Assembly (NCBI GenBank): GCA_964634805.1
Contig: CAZWLF010000001.1
Span: forward strand, 1 to 30,643
Reading direction: 5' to 3'
DNA: 30,643 bases
From: an uncultured Gammaproteobacteria bacterium
Lineage (GTDB): Bacteria > Patescibacteriota > Microgenomatia > UBA12405 > JAHJSD01
Shown here piece after piece: positions 8,771 through 16,650 of this stretch. A model generated the notes under the pieces. It searched no databases. It was not told the DNA's origin and saw only the letters and a list, made by a program, of their open reading frames with translations. Positions within the stretch are counted from its first letter, which is position 1, and every line of letters starts with the position of its first letter. A program made the position numbers and the translations under genes.

Positions 8771-9832
8771 CTATTCTTCAATTTCGCTAATTTCGGAACA
8801 GGGATCATCCATTATTAATGTTTCTCCATCCGGTCCGGTAAGAAGTAAGTCCAGCTGGATCTCAGAAATATCCGGGTCGACGAAACATTCGGCAGTAGAG
8901 CAGGTTCCCAAAAAGATCTCTTTATCAAACTGGTCGTTTTGAAGATCGCCCTCTCCATAAACTCCTTTGAGAGTGCCTTCTGACAAGTAGGTCAATCGGT
9001 AGTGAATTTTTCTGAACTTTTGCCTGAGCCTTCTTAGCATAAAAAGAAATTTTTTCTTACCTTTAAACCGGCAAGTACACTTAGGCTTTTCCCAGGTACT
9101 GACAGAAACAGTTGCGGTGGCTTTCTCGTAATCAAAAAGATAAGCTTGGCTGTCCGTTACTAAAAAAGCAGAAAAGGGGATCAGAAAGATCAGGATAGTG
9201 GTTAATGTTTTTAATCCCTTTTGAACCTTTTCGGCGCTACCTTTATTTTTTACAATTTCATCTTTAATTTTTAAAATCTCGATTAAAACTATTAAAAGGG
9301 CCGGCGTTGCTATTAAAGTGATGATTCCTGCCGGCTGGCGGGTAAAGTGGATTAAATAACCCAAAAAAGGAAGGATAAAAAAGACCTCGCCGACAACATA
9401 ATCAGGCCTTAGTCCCAAGCTATCTTCATTTTCGTTAGCGTCGCCTTTGGTAATAATCAGCTCTTGGCCGTTTTTATTTTCGAACCTGACTAACCGGTGG
9501 GTGATCAGTTCTTTAGGCACAGCCGGGTTTTTAAAAGTGATAACATCGCCCGGCTGATAGCTTTCCATGGATTTGGATAAAACCAGGGACCCGGTTTTGA
9601 TCGCCGGCTCCATTGAGCCGGACTTAACCACCAGAGCTTTCAGCTTAAATTGGCCGAAAAAATCAATCTGGGGATTGAAGTTTAAAAAGGCGATACCGAC
9701 CAATCCCAAGACAATTAAAAGATAAGCGGTAGAACCGGCTTTTTGAGAAATACTTTTTAGATTCACTTTTTTCAATAAAACTTGCTCTTTTGGAACGGGC
9801 GGCAGAAGCCCGTTCCTCCAGAACTTAATCAC
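8771..9832 (-). CDS. sipW: SipW-type (S26B) signal peptidase I with C-terminal extension
   Basis: VKSGSMEP catalytic Ser, GDVITF, ITHR (His) and TKGDAN. Directly downstream of the TasA-like gene. Confidence 0.9.
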   Translation of the reverse strand: MIKFWRNGLLPPVPKEQVLLKKVNLKSISQKAGSTAYLLIVLGLVGIAFLNFNPQIDFFGQFKLKALVVKSGSMEPAIKTGSLVLSKSMESYQPGDVITFKNPAVPKELITHRLVRFENKNGQELIITKGDANENEDSLGLRPDYVVGEVFFILPFLGYLIHFTRQPAGIITLIATPALLIVLIEILKIKDEIVKNKGSAEKVQKGLKTLTTILIFLIPFSAFLVTDSQAYLFDYEKATATVSVSTWEKPKCTCRFKGKKKFLFMLRRLRQKFRKIHYRLTYLSEGTLKGVYGEGDLQNDQFDKEIFLGTCSTAECFVDPDISEIQLDLLLTGPDGETLIMDDPCSEISEIEE

Positions 9833-9837
9833 TTTCT

Positions 9838-11010
9838 TTAGCTGTCGGTATCCTCGTAAGTGATTAGGTTCTCTTCAAACAGATAGGTGCTCGGCGACCA
9901 ACTATTCATTTTCTCGCCGGTTTCATCGTAATCAGCGCAAGGAACCAGCCAGATCTTGGCTCCGGCCGGATGATTGGCATCACCGGTGTGAGGCAAATCA
10001 TAGCCAAAATTGTGAGAGCCGGACAAGGTTAAAGCGCTACCGCTTGCTAGTCCTTGATCAATCAGGGCACCCGGGTGATCTCCCGGCCATGGGTCGGCGT
10101 AGTAGATCAGACAGTATTGGATATTTTGCAGACCGGTACCGTTGAAGTCATAGTCAAAGGTCTCGCCCGAGGTGTTATATCCCAAAGTACCCGAGGCGCC
10201 GGCGATCTCTACCCAAGTAGTTGGATTTTTGCCGATCATATTAAGTGTGGCTTGCTCGCCCAGCGGACCGGGCCCGTTTAATTGGGTTGCCATCAGCTCA
10301 ATGTCAAAGGTGAGTTTATCACCCTGAGCCCAGTTGGTTACTTCCGGTTCCGGAGCATCGGGCCAAGAGCTTAGATGATAGCTCTGGACCACTTTTAGCT
10401 CGTCAGTCGGTTCCAGCTTTCCCAAGGCAATCCAGATGCCGTCGATATTGTCCAAGCGGACATGTTGGTTCTCAGTCTCAGTAATAATTGGTGTCCAATT
10501 ACTTAGAGTGACAGGCTTGCTGTCCGTGTCAGTCTCGCATCCTCCTTGCGATGGGCTGGCGCAGACATACATATCATAGAGAATGTAAGCCGCCAGATTA
10601 TTTCTGGGGACATAGTTGCCAGTACAGCAAATGGCCGCGTCAGTGCAAGGCGTCCCTCCGCCGGTCCAACTTCCTCCTCCTTCGGTACACTCCGGTTCTG
10701 ATATGACCTCGTCGCTTTGGTCGGTAATATTGATGCGCTTCCAGAGATTGATAGGATTACTGTCTACCAAGTTTTTAACAGTAAACTTAATGTATTTGGT
10801 GTAAGACGGCTTCATATCTTTTAACTCAAAGGGTTCTGAATGAAGCTCCCATGGATTTACGCCATCGACAATAATATCAATAGTCCCCGCGCCCAAGACG
10901 TTGCCAACGCTTTTTTCCTCATCGAAAAAGTAAGCTCTGGTAGCGCCGAAGGCGACGCCAACGACAGCGACAATGGTCAAAAGACTCAAGAGAATTCTTT
11001 TTTTATTCAT
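9838..11010 (-). CDS. TasA/CalY-like secreted protein with SipW-class signal peptide
   Basis: MNKKRILLSLL...GATRAYFFDEEKSVGNVLGAGTIDI, then DMKP and NWAQGDKLTFDIELMATQ. SD AGGAGGTGA sits before ATG 11010; the ORF-track start at 11088 is probably too long. Confidence 0.88.
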   Translation of the reverse strand: MNKKRILLSLLTIVAVVGVAFGATRAYFFDEEKSVGNVLGAGTIDIIVDGVNPWELHSEPFELKDMKPSYTKYIKFTVKNLVDSNPINLWKRINITDQSDEVISEPECTEGGGSWTGGGTPCTDAAICCTGNYVPRNNLAAYILYDMYVCASPSQGGCETDTDSKPVTLSNWTPIITETENQHVRLDNIDGIWIALGKLEPTDELKVVQSYHLSSWPDAPEPEVTNWAQGDKLTFDIELMATQLNGPGPLGEQATLNMIGKNPTTWVEIAGASGTLGYNTSGETFDYDFNGTGLQNIQYCLIYYADPWPGDHPGALIDQGLASGSALTLSGSHNFGYDLPHTGDANHPAGAKIWLVPCADYDETGEKMNSWSPSTYLFEENLITYEDTDS

Positions 11011-11144
11011 ATTTTTCACCTCCTTTCTTACTCTTTGGAGCATTATCTCCGGAAGAGTTTTTAGAACGCAAATTCCCATCTCTGCCAAGGCTTTTGCCTT
11101 GATGGGATCTGCCCAATAAGAATATTATTGGCAAACCAGAATCC

Positions 11145-11219
11145 GTCATTCCTAAGGGTATTTTAACGGTAGAGGGCCGAGCTTTTTAGTAAACCTGCCC
11201 GATCGGACTTTAGAATGAC
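11145..11219. repeat. GTCATTC...GAATGAC-bounded element in the tasA leader
   Basis: Same terminal heptamers as the 8389 repeat. Confidence 0.55.
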
Positions 11220-11258
11220 ATTAAAGCCAAAAGATTAGGGCAGGAGGATTTCAACCAC

Positions 11259-11289
11259 AAAAAAACCCGGCCTACTTTAAGCCGGGTTT
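11259..11289 (-). terminator. Intrinsic terminator inside the tasA-sipW 5' leader
   Basis: Minus strand CCCGGC(U)-UAAAGUAG-GCCGGG followed by U7. Confidence 0.75.
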
Positions 11290-11388
11290 GCCAAACTTAT
11301 GGATAAAAGCCACTGTTGACTCCGGAGCTTGTCAGTCTCCGAAAAGACGCCCCCTCCGTTTGTGGTTAGCTCTTCCATCTTATTTTCC

Positions 11389-11430
11389 AGTATAGGTTTT
11401 ATAAAGATCTCTGTCAATAAAGATCTTTAT
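11389..11430 (-). promoter_or_regulatory. Promoter of tasA-sipW with operator-like palindromes
   Basis: TTGACA-17-TATACT (11417 to 11389). A perfect palindrome ATAAAGATCTTTAT lies at 11417-11430 and a partial copy ATAAAGATCT at 11401-11410. Confidence 0.75.
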
Positions 11431-11519
11431 AGGAGATGAATAAATTTGGGCAATAGGGTTTACTATAAGTAAGTTAAGTTCCGCTTGGTAGAAAATGGTA
11501 TAAATAAAGCAGGAAGATC

Positions 11520-13061
11520 ATGCTTGCCAAAATTTATTCTGTTGCCAATAAAGGTCTGGAAACGATAAGAATAGAAGTTGAGGTTGATGTGGCAAAAAAA
11601 GGCTTCCCCAGTTTGCAAATAGTCGGTTTGCCCAGCAAGGCGGTCGAGGAGGCCAAGGAAAGAGTCAGAACCGCGATTGTTAACTCCGGAATAGATTTTC
11701 CCAGCCGGTCAAAAGTAATTATCAATCTTGCTCCGGCAGATGTGGTCAAGGAAGGCTCTTGCTACGATTTACCGATCGCTTTGGCAATTCTATTAGCCTC
11801 CGGCATGGTTAAAAATGATCCTTCCCTGCTTAAGGAGAGTCTTTTTTATGGCGAGCTCTCTTTAGACGGCGGCCTAAGACATACCAAGGGAGTTTTTCTT
11901 TTAGCCGCTTTTGCCAAAGAGGAAAATTTTAAAAATATTTTTGTCCCTCTGGATTCCGCCAACGAAGCCGCTTGTTTAAGCAAGCCGAAAGTCTACCCGC
12001 TTTCCTCTTTGTCTAAACTATTGCTCCACCTAAGCAGTCTTGAAAAAATAAAACCTCTCAAAAAGGTTTCGGTTTCCCAGTTGCTTAAAAACCCTGAGTC
12101 GGAATTTGATATGGCCGATGTTGTCGGTCAATACCAGGCTAAAAGAGCTTTGGAAATTGCCGCCGCCGGCGATCACAATGTTTTTATGAAAGGTCCGCCC
12201 GGTTCGGGCAAGACTATGCTGGCTCGGGCGATGACCGGAATCATGCCTCCGCTGACAGAAGAAGAATCCTTAGAAGTGACCAAGATTTACTCGTTGACCG
12301 GGAATCTTAAGCCGGGCGAATTTATTGTTAAAGAAAGACCTTTCAGGGCTCCTCATCATACCATCAGCCGGGTTGGCCTAATCGGCGGCGGCAGTAATCT
12401 TCAGCCCGGAGAAGTAAGCATGGCCCACCGGGGAATTTTGTTTTTGGATGAACTTTCCGAATTTCCAAGGAATGTGGTCGAGTCCTTGCGCCAGCCGATC
12501 GAGGACCGCCGGGTGACCATCAGCCGGGCTGTTGGCACCGCCACCTTTCCCTCCACCTTTTTAATGGTGGCGGCCAGCAACCCCTGTCCGTGCGGCTTCT
12601 TGGGCCATCCGGAGAAAGCCTGCCGCTGTTTGCCCGGAGACATCGCCCGTTATCAGCGGAAAATATCCGGTCCGATCTTAGATAGGATTGATATCCATAT
12701 TGAAGTTCCGGCCGTGCCGGCAGATAAACTGGCGGCCGAAAATAGTTTGAGCGAATCATCCAGGATAATTCGCGAAAGAGTTAGAACTGCCAGGGAGAAA
12801 CAGCTGATTAGATTTAAGGGTAGTGGCACTAAGTCCAACGGAGAGATGAAAACCGAAGAGATTAAACGTTATTGCCCTTTGACCACTGATTGTCTTAATC
12901 TCTTGCGCCAAGCCGTTTCGAGTGACAATCTTTCTGCCCGGGCTTATTTTAAAATAATCAAAGTCGGCCGTACTATCGCTGATTTAGCCGGTGATAAAGA
13001 GATAAGGATTGCCTATTTGGCAGAGGCTTTGCAATACCGGCCGAAAGAGGACAATTATTAA
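11520..13061 (+). CDS. comM: YifB/ComM family Mg-chelatase-like AAA+ ATPase
   Basis: INLAPAD, YDLPIAL, GPPGSGKT, FRAPHHT, GEVSMAHRGILFLDE, NPCPCG, GPILDRID and EALQYR. Confidence 0.95.
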   Translation: MLAKIYSVANKGLETIRIEVEVDVAKKGFPSLQIVGLPSKAVEEAKERVRTAIVNSGIDFPSRSKVIINLAPADVVKEGSCYDLPIALAILLASGMVKNDPSLLKESLFYGELSLDGGLRHTKGVFLLAAFAKEENFKNIFVPLDSANEAACLSKPKVYPLSSLSKLLLHLSSLEKIKPLKKVSVSQLLKNPESEFDMADVVGQYQAKRALEIAAAGDHNVFMKGPPGSGKTMLARAMTGIMPPLTEEESLEVTKIYSLTGNLKPGEFIVKERPFRAPHHTISRVGLIGGGSNLQPGEVSMAHRGILFLDELSEFPRNVVESLRQPIEDRRVTISRAVGTATFPSTFLMVAASNPCPCGFLGHPEKACRCLPGDIARYQRKISGPILDRIDIHIEVPAVPADKLAAENSLSESSRIIRERVRTAREKQLIRFKGSGTKSNGEMKTEEIKRYCPLTTDCLNLLRQAVSSDNLSARAYFKIIKVGRTIADLAGDKEIRIAYLAEALQYRPKEDNY

Positions 13062-13124
13062 CTGTGTCGTCTCGGAGGCGGATCTTTAAAATATGGTTGG
13101 GATACGAACACTGAAGCTTTTTTA

Positions 13125-13342
13125 CTCGTCATTCTGATCTCCCTCGGGGAGAGAAGAATTTTGCTCTGTACCCTACGCGGTGCGGGGTCCTTAATCTTTA
13201 GGTAATTTGTTGCTAAAAAAGGGACCCGTCTGCTCGCCTCGCTGAGTAGTCAAGTCAGGTTGATGGCAAGTTTTAGCGAAAGGAAATTGGTCTTAGGAAA
13301 GTTGTTTTTCGAGCGAGTCTGACGAGTCGGGAAATATCGCAC
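13125..13342. repeat. Long direct repeat, copy 1
   Basis: 13179-13342 matches 13902-14065 at 162/164 nt. The first 50 nt or so are more diverged and start with a GTCATTCTGA hairpin. Confidence 0.97.
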
Positions 13343-13485
13343 CCCGGAGGGTGATAGGCTTGCCCGCCATCGCTATGCTCAGCCGTTGCGGGCGGGGATA
13401 CTTTGTCATTATCCGCTGGCTGGCGGGTTCCTTCCTGCCTCGCTCGGCTCGTCTTTTTGGTTGGGAACCGATTGAGTAATGAGTA

Positions 13486-13529
13486 AGAAAACCCCCCTGT
13501 TTCTTATCCTTGAAAAAGGGGAGTTTTCT
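13486..13529 (-). terminator. Stem-loop after the DUF5679-like gene
   Basis: AGAAAACCCCCCT...AGGGGAGTTTTCT inverted repeat just past the minus-strand stop. Confidence 0.6.
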
Positions 13530-13545
13530 AACCTTCAACTATATC

Positions 13546-13695
13546 TTATTTTGCGGAAACGAATTTAAACATCACTGTTCCGCAGTCCGGACACTTGGCT
13601 TTTACATAGGGTCTGCCATTTTTGGCAATACCGTGTTCACAACTGGCGTCGTCAACATCCTTTTTAGCGCGACATTTTACACAGTAGAAAACCAT
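13546..13695 (-). CDS. 49-aa zinc-ribbon protein, DUF5679-like (absent from ORF track)
   Basis: MVFYCVKCRAKKDVDDASCEHGIAKNGRPYVKAKCPDCGTVMFKFVSAK with two CxxC motifs. SD GGGGTGA; candidate promoter TTGCAA-18-TATATT at 13770-13741. Confidence 0.85.
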   Translation of the reverse strand: MVFYCVKCRAKKDVDDASCEHGIAKNGRPYVKAKCPDCGTVMFKFVSAK

Positions 13696-13850
13696 TGTTA
13701 CTTTCACCCCCTTCCAGAGCAGGAAAATTCAAGTAGGCACAATATAACACGGCTCAGGCAGGAATTGCAAGTGAAGCCCTCTTGGGCTATTTTTGGGAGC
13801 AAAGTTCTCGCTCTCTGCCGTTCTGAACCAATGACGAGGGAAGATTCTTC

Positions 13851-14065
13851 CTCGCCATTCTGATCTCCCTTAGGGAGGGGAGAATTTTATTCTCCCTATA
13901 TGGTGCGGGGTCCTTAATCTTTAGGTAATTTGTTGCTAAAAAAGGGACCCGTCTGCTCGCCTCGCTGAGTAGTCAAGTCAGGTTGATGGCAAGTTTTAGC
14001 GAAAGGAAATTAGTCTTAGGAAAGTTATTTTTCGAGCGAGTCTGACGAGTCGGGAAATATCGCAC
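13851..14065. repeat. Long direct repeat, copy 2
   Basis: Near-identical to 13125-13342. Confidence 0.97.
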
Positions 14066-14329
14066 TATCACATCCCCGGGGGTGGATTAAAGTCAAAAAA
14101 TGCCCGGTGGTTGTTGCTATTATCGGTGAAAAGCGAGCCGCGGCTTATTTCAAGACAGCGAAGACCCTGGACGCAAGTCCAAGGATGAAGCGGTACCAAA
14201 TGATATTCCGGCATTGCCCCGGAACGAACCAGGCGGATCAATCCGCCAGCGGGCGGACCGCGGGCGCAAGCCTGTCGTGTAGTTTATTAATCCTTGGGGT
14301 AATAAACATCAAAATCCTAACCCTTTTGA

Positions 14330-14359
14330 TTGACATAACCGATTTTATAACAGTACAAT
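14330..14359 (+). promoter_or_regulatory. Sigma70-type promoter
   Basis: TTGACA-18-TACAAT, 10 nt before ATG 14370. Confidence 0.7.
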
Positions 14360-14369
14360 TAGACTAATT

Positions 14370-14819
14370 ATGGCTAATGGATTTTTGTTTATCTCGCTTT
14401 TGGTTTGGAACCTAATCGCTACCGCATTTATTGTTTTGGTGTTTTTTCAATTTCGTCGCTTGACTAAAGGGGTTAAGCAGGGTAATCTTAGGAGAATTTT
14501 GAAGTCCCTCTTGAAGCAGGGAAAGCTTTCTGAAGAGAATTTTAAAGAATTAGAAAAAAGGATTGTTTGCTTGGAGGGAGAAGGCAGACTTTCTTTAAAA
14601 AAGGTCGGTTTAGCCAAGTTTAACCCCTTTTCTGAATTGGGAGGGGATCAAAGTTTTTCTTTGGCGTTGTTAAACCGAAAAGGCAGCGGAGTTGTTATTA
14701 CCAGCCTTCATGGTCGCCAAACTACCAGGATTTATGCCAAGCTGGTTGAGGATAAAGATAAAAAAGAGAAAGTGAGGTTTTCCGCAGAAGAGTCTGAGGC
14801 GATCAAAAAAGCTTTATAA
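14370..14819 (+). CDS. DUF4446-like membrane-anchored protein
   Basis: N-terminal TM and coiled coil, then KVGLAKFNPFSELGGDQSFSLALL...GVVITSLHGR...YAK. Confidence 0.8.
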   Translation: MANGFLFISLLVWNLIATAFIVLVFFQFRRLTKGVKQGNLRRILKSLLKQGKLSEENFKELEKRIVCLEGEGRLSLKKVGLAKFNPFSELGGDQSFSLALLNRKGSGVVITSLHGRQTTRIYAKLVEDKDKKEKVRFSAEESEAIKKAL

Positions 14820-14835
14820 AGCTTTTAAAACTAAA

Positions 14836-16062
14836 ATGAGTAATAAAACCAAAATCTTCTTGTTCGCTTTTGGTCTCTATTTTTTAAGCGCAGGGATATC
14901 TTTTGCCGCTTTTTCCCAGGCAGACTCGATCTCTTCAATTATTTCTCCGGCCGGGGATGAAAAGGATGAAGAGGATCAGTCTGAAGGGGGGCCGGTTTCC
15001 TTTTCCGGACCCAGAGACCAGGAGTGTCCTACCAACGGCAAAAAATACACGAAAGAACAGCTGGATATTTGGGAGAAAAAGAGACCCTTGCTGGTAACAA
15101 TTGAAAATCATGAAGATGCCCGGCCCCAGTCGGGTCTGTCCAGGACAGATGTGGTTTACGAGGCAGTGGCGGAAGGCGGGATTACCCGTTTTATGGGGAT
15201 TTATTACTGTGAGGCGACCGAACCTTATTCCGGTAAATACGATCTGGGTCCGGTTAGGTCAGCCAGAACTTACTTTTTAGATTGGGCTTCGGAATATTCA
15301 GACTATCCTTTGTACGTTCATGTTGGCGGGGCTCACTGCAGTTCTGACGGCAGTTACTGCACTACCGATAAAAGAGCCCAGGCTTTAGAGCAAATCAGTC
15401 AATATGGCTGGCTGGAGCCTGCTCATAGAAGCGATATGAACCAATTTGCCCTTAGCTACAAAGAATGCCGCCGGGAACCGGACAGGACCGGAGAATCCAG
15501 GGCGACAGAACATACAATGTATTGCGACAGCAATGCGCTTTGGGCGGTAGCGGAGTCGCGCGATTTGGCGGCAGAAAATAAAGAGGGCGATTCCTGGGAT
15601 GAAAATTTCCGCCAGTGGAAGTTTAAAGATGGCGCCGAGTTAGTAAAAAGAGGTGAAGTTTCTAAAATAGAATTTGATTTTTGGGAAGATTATAGCGGCT
15701 ACCATGTTCAATGGAACTATGACAAAGAAAAAAATTTGTATTTTCGTCTGAACGGGAGTCAGGAGCAAAAAGACTTTAACAATGGTCAACCTTTAAGCGC
15801 TGGTGTAGTGATAATTCAGTTTACTAAGGAAATTGGTCCGGTTGATGACAGTAAGCACATGCTTTATACCACTATCGGCCAGGGCAAGGCTTTGATTTTT
15901 CAGGATGGAGAAGTGGTTGAGGGTAAGTGGAGTAAAGAAGCCAGAAAAGAAAGAACAATCTTTACCGATTCTAAAGGGAAAGAAATTGAATTCAGCCGCG
16001 GCCGGATCTGGATTGAAGTTCTCTCAAACACTAACGAAGTAGACTACAATGAAGCCGGTTAA
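14836..16062 (+). CDS. DUF3048-like exported protein
   Basis: Signal/TM segment, then RPLLVTIENHEDARPQSGL, DVVYEAVAEGGITRF, GPVRSAR and GRIWIEV. Confidence 0.85.
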   Translation: MSNKTKIFLFAFGLYFLSAGISFAAFSQADSISSIISPAGDEKDEEDQSEGGPVSFSGPRDQECPTNGKKYTKEQLDIWEKKRPLLVTIENHEDARPQSGLSRTDVVYEAVAEGGITRFMGIYYCEATEPYSGKYDLGPVRSARTYFLDWASEYSDYPLYVHVGGAHCSSDGSYCTTDKRAQALEQISQYGWLEPAHRSDMNQFALSYKECRREPDRTGESRATEHTMYCDSNALWAVAESRDLAAENKEGDSWDENFRQWKFKDGAELVKRGEVSKIEFDFWEDYSGYHVQWNYDKEKNLYFRLNGSQEQKDFNNGQPLSAGVVIIQFTKEIGPVDDSKHMLYTTIGQGKALIFQDGEVVEGKWSKEARKERTIFTDSKGKEIEFSRGRIWIEVLSNTNEVDYNEAG

Positions 16063-16648
16063 AACTCTTAGGAGGATTATTGTTTCCGAATCCCGCCTCA
16101 AACTTCTGCAAATTTTTTTTTACAGTATGGACGGAATGTTTTATGTTCGGCAATTGACCCGGCTGACAAAAGAGAAACTGAATTCAATCCGCCGGGAATT
16201 GCAAAACTTGAAAGAGGCAGGGATCCTGGAAAGCGAGTGGCGGGGCAACAGACTTTTTTACCGGATAAATAAGAAGAATCCGTTTTACCAGGAAATTCTG
16301 GCAATGGTGATGAAAACAAAAGGCTTGGGGGGTAATTTAATTAAATTCCGCCAGAAGTTAGGAAAGATAAAGTTTGTTATTTTTTCCGGCAGGTTTGTTA
16401 GCGGTTTTAGCAGTCCGGGGAAAAAGGAGGCAATTGATCTTTTGCTAATCGGTAAAATTGTCTTGCCGGAATTGGGTGCCCTGGTGAGAGAAGAAGAAAA
16501 AATAAGAGGTTCAGAAATTAACTATACGGTTATAGATGAGGCGGATTTTACTTTCAGAAAGAAAAACAGAGATCCCTTTTTGCTCCAGATCCTGCTTCAG
16601 CCCAGAATAATGATTATCGGCAGTGAGGCGGAAATGGTAAATTTTTAA
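16049..16648 (+). CDS. Winged-helix protein with degenerate nucleotidyltransferase-like C-terminal domain
   Basis: FYVRQLTRLTKEKLNSIRRELQNLKEAGIL...GNRLFY (wHTH), then FVIFSG...IDLLLIG...INYTV. Confidence 0.65.
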   Translation: MKPVKTLRRIIVSESRLKLLQIFFYSMDGMFYVRQLTRLTKEKLNSIRRELQNLKEAGILESEWRGNRLFYRINKKNPFYQEILAMVMKTKGLGGNLIKFRQKLGKIKFVIFSGRFVSGFSSPGKKEAIDLLLIGKIVLPELGALVREEEKIRGSEINYTVIDEADFTFRKKNRDPFLLQILLQPRIMIIGSEAEMVNF

Positions 16649-16650
16649 AA

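Noticed and set aside
11253-11382. c-di-GMP-I/II or c-di-AMP riboswitch
   Set aside because: Only partial resemblance (GGAGUCAACAGUG); the core consensus elements are missing. Kept as an unassigned leader.
13319-13356. Hammerhead-like core CUGACGA...GAAA in the long repeat
   Set aside because: There is no stem II, and the position needing U16.1-H17 reads GG.
13510-13863. 117-aa plus-strand ORF
   Set aside because: Shadow of the minus-strand zinc-ribbon gene, which has the SD, motif and terminator.
14121-14142. Group II intron domain V (GGTGAAA, GAGCCG)
   Set aside because: The motifs are in the wrong order and there is no D5 hairpin or reverse transcriptase.
14107-14367. 86-aa plus-strand ORF
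   Set aside because: No SD or motif; it runs through hairpins and the next promoter.
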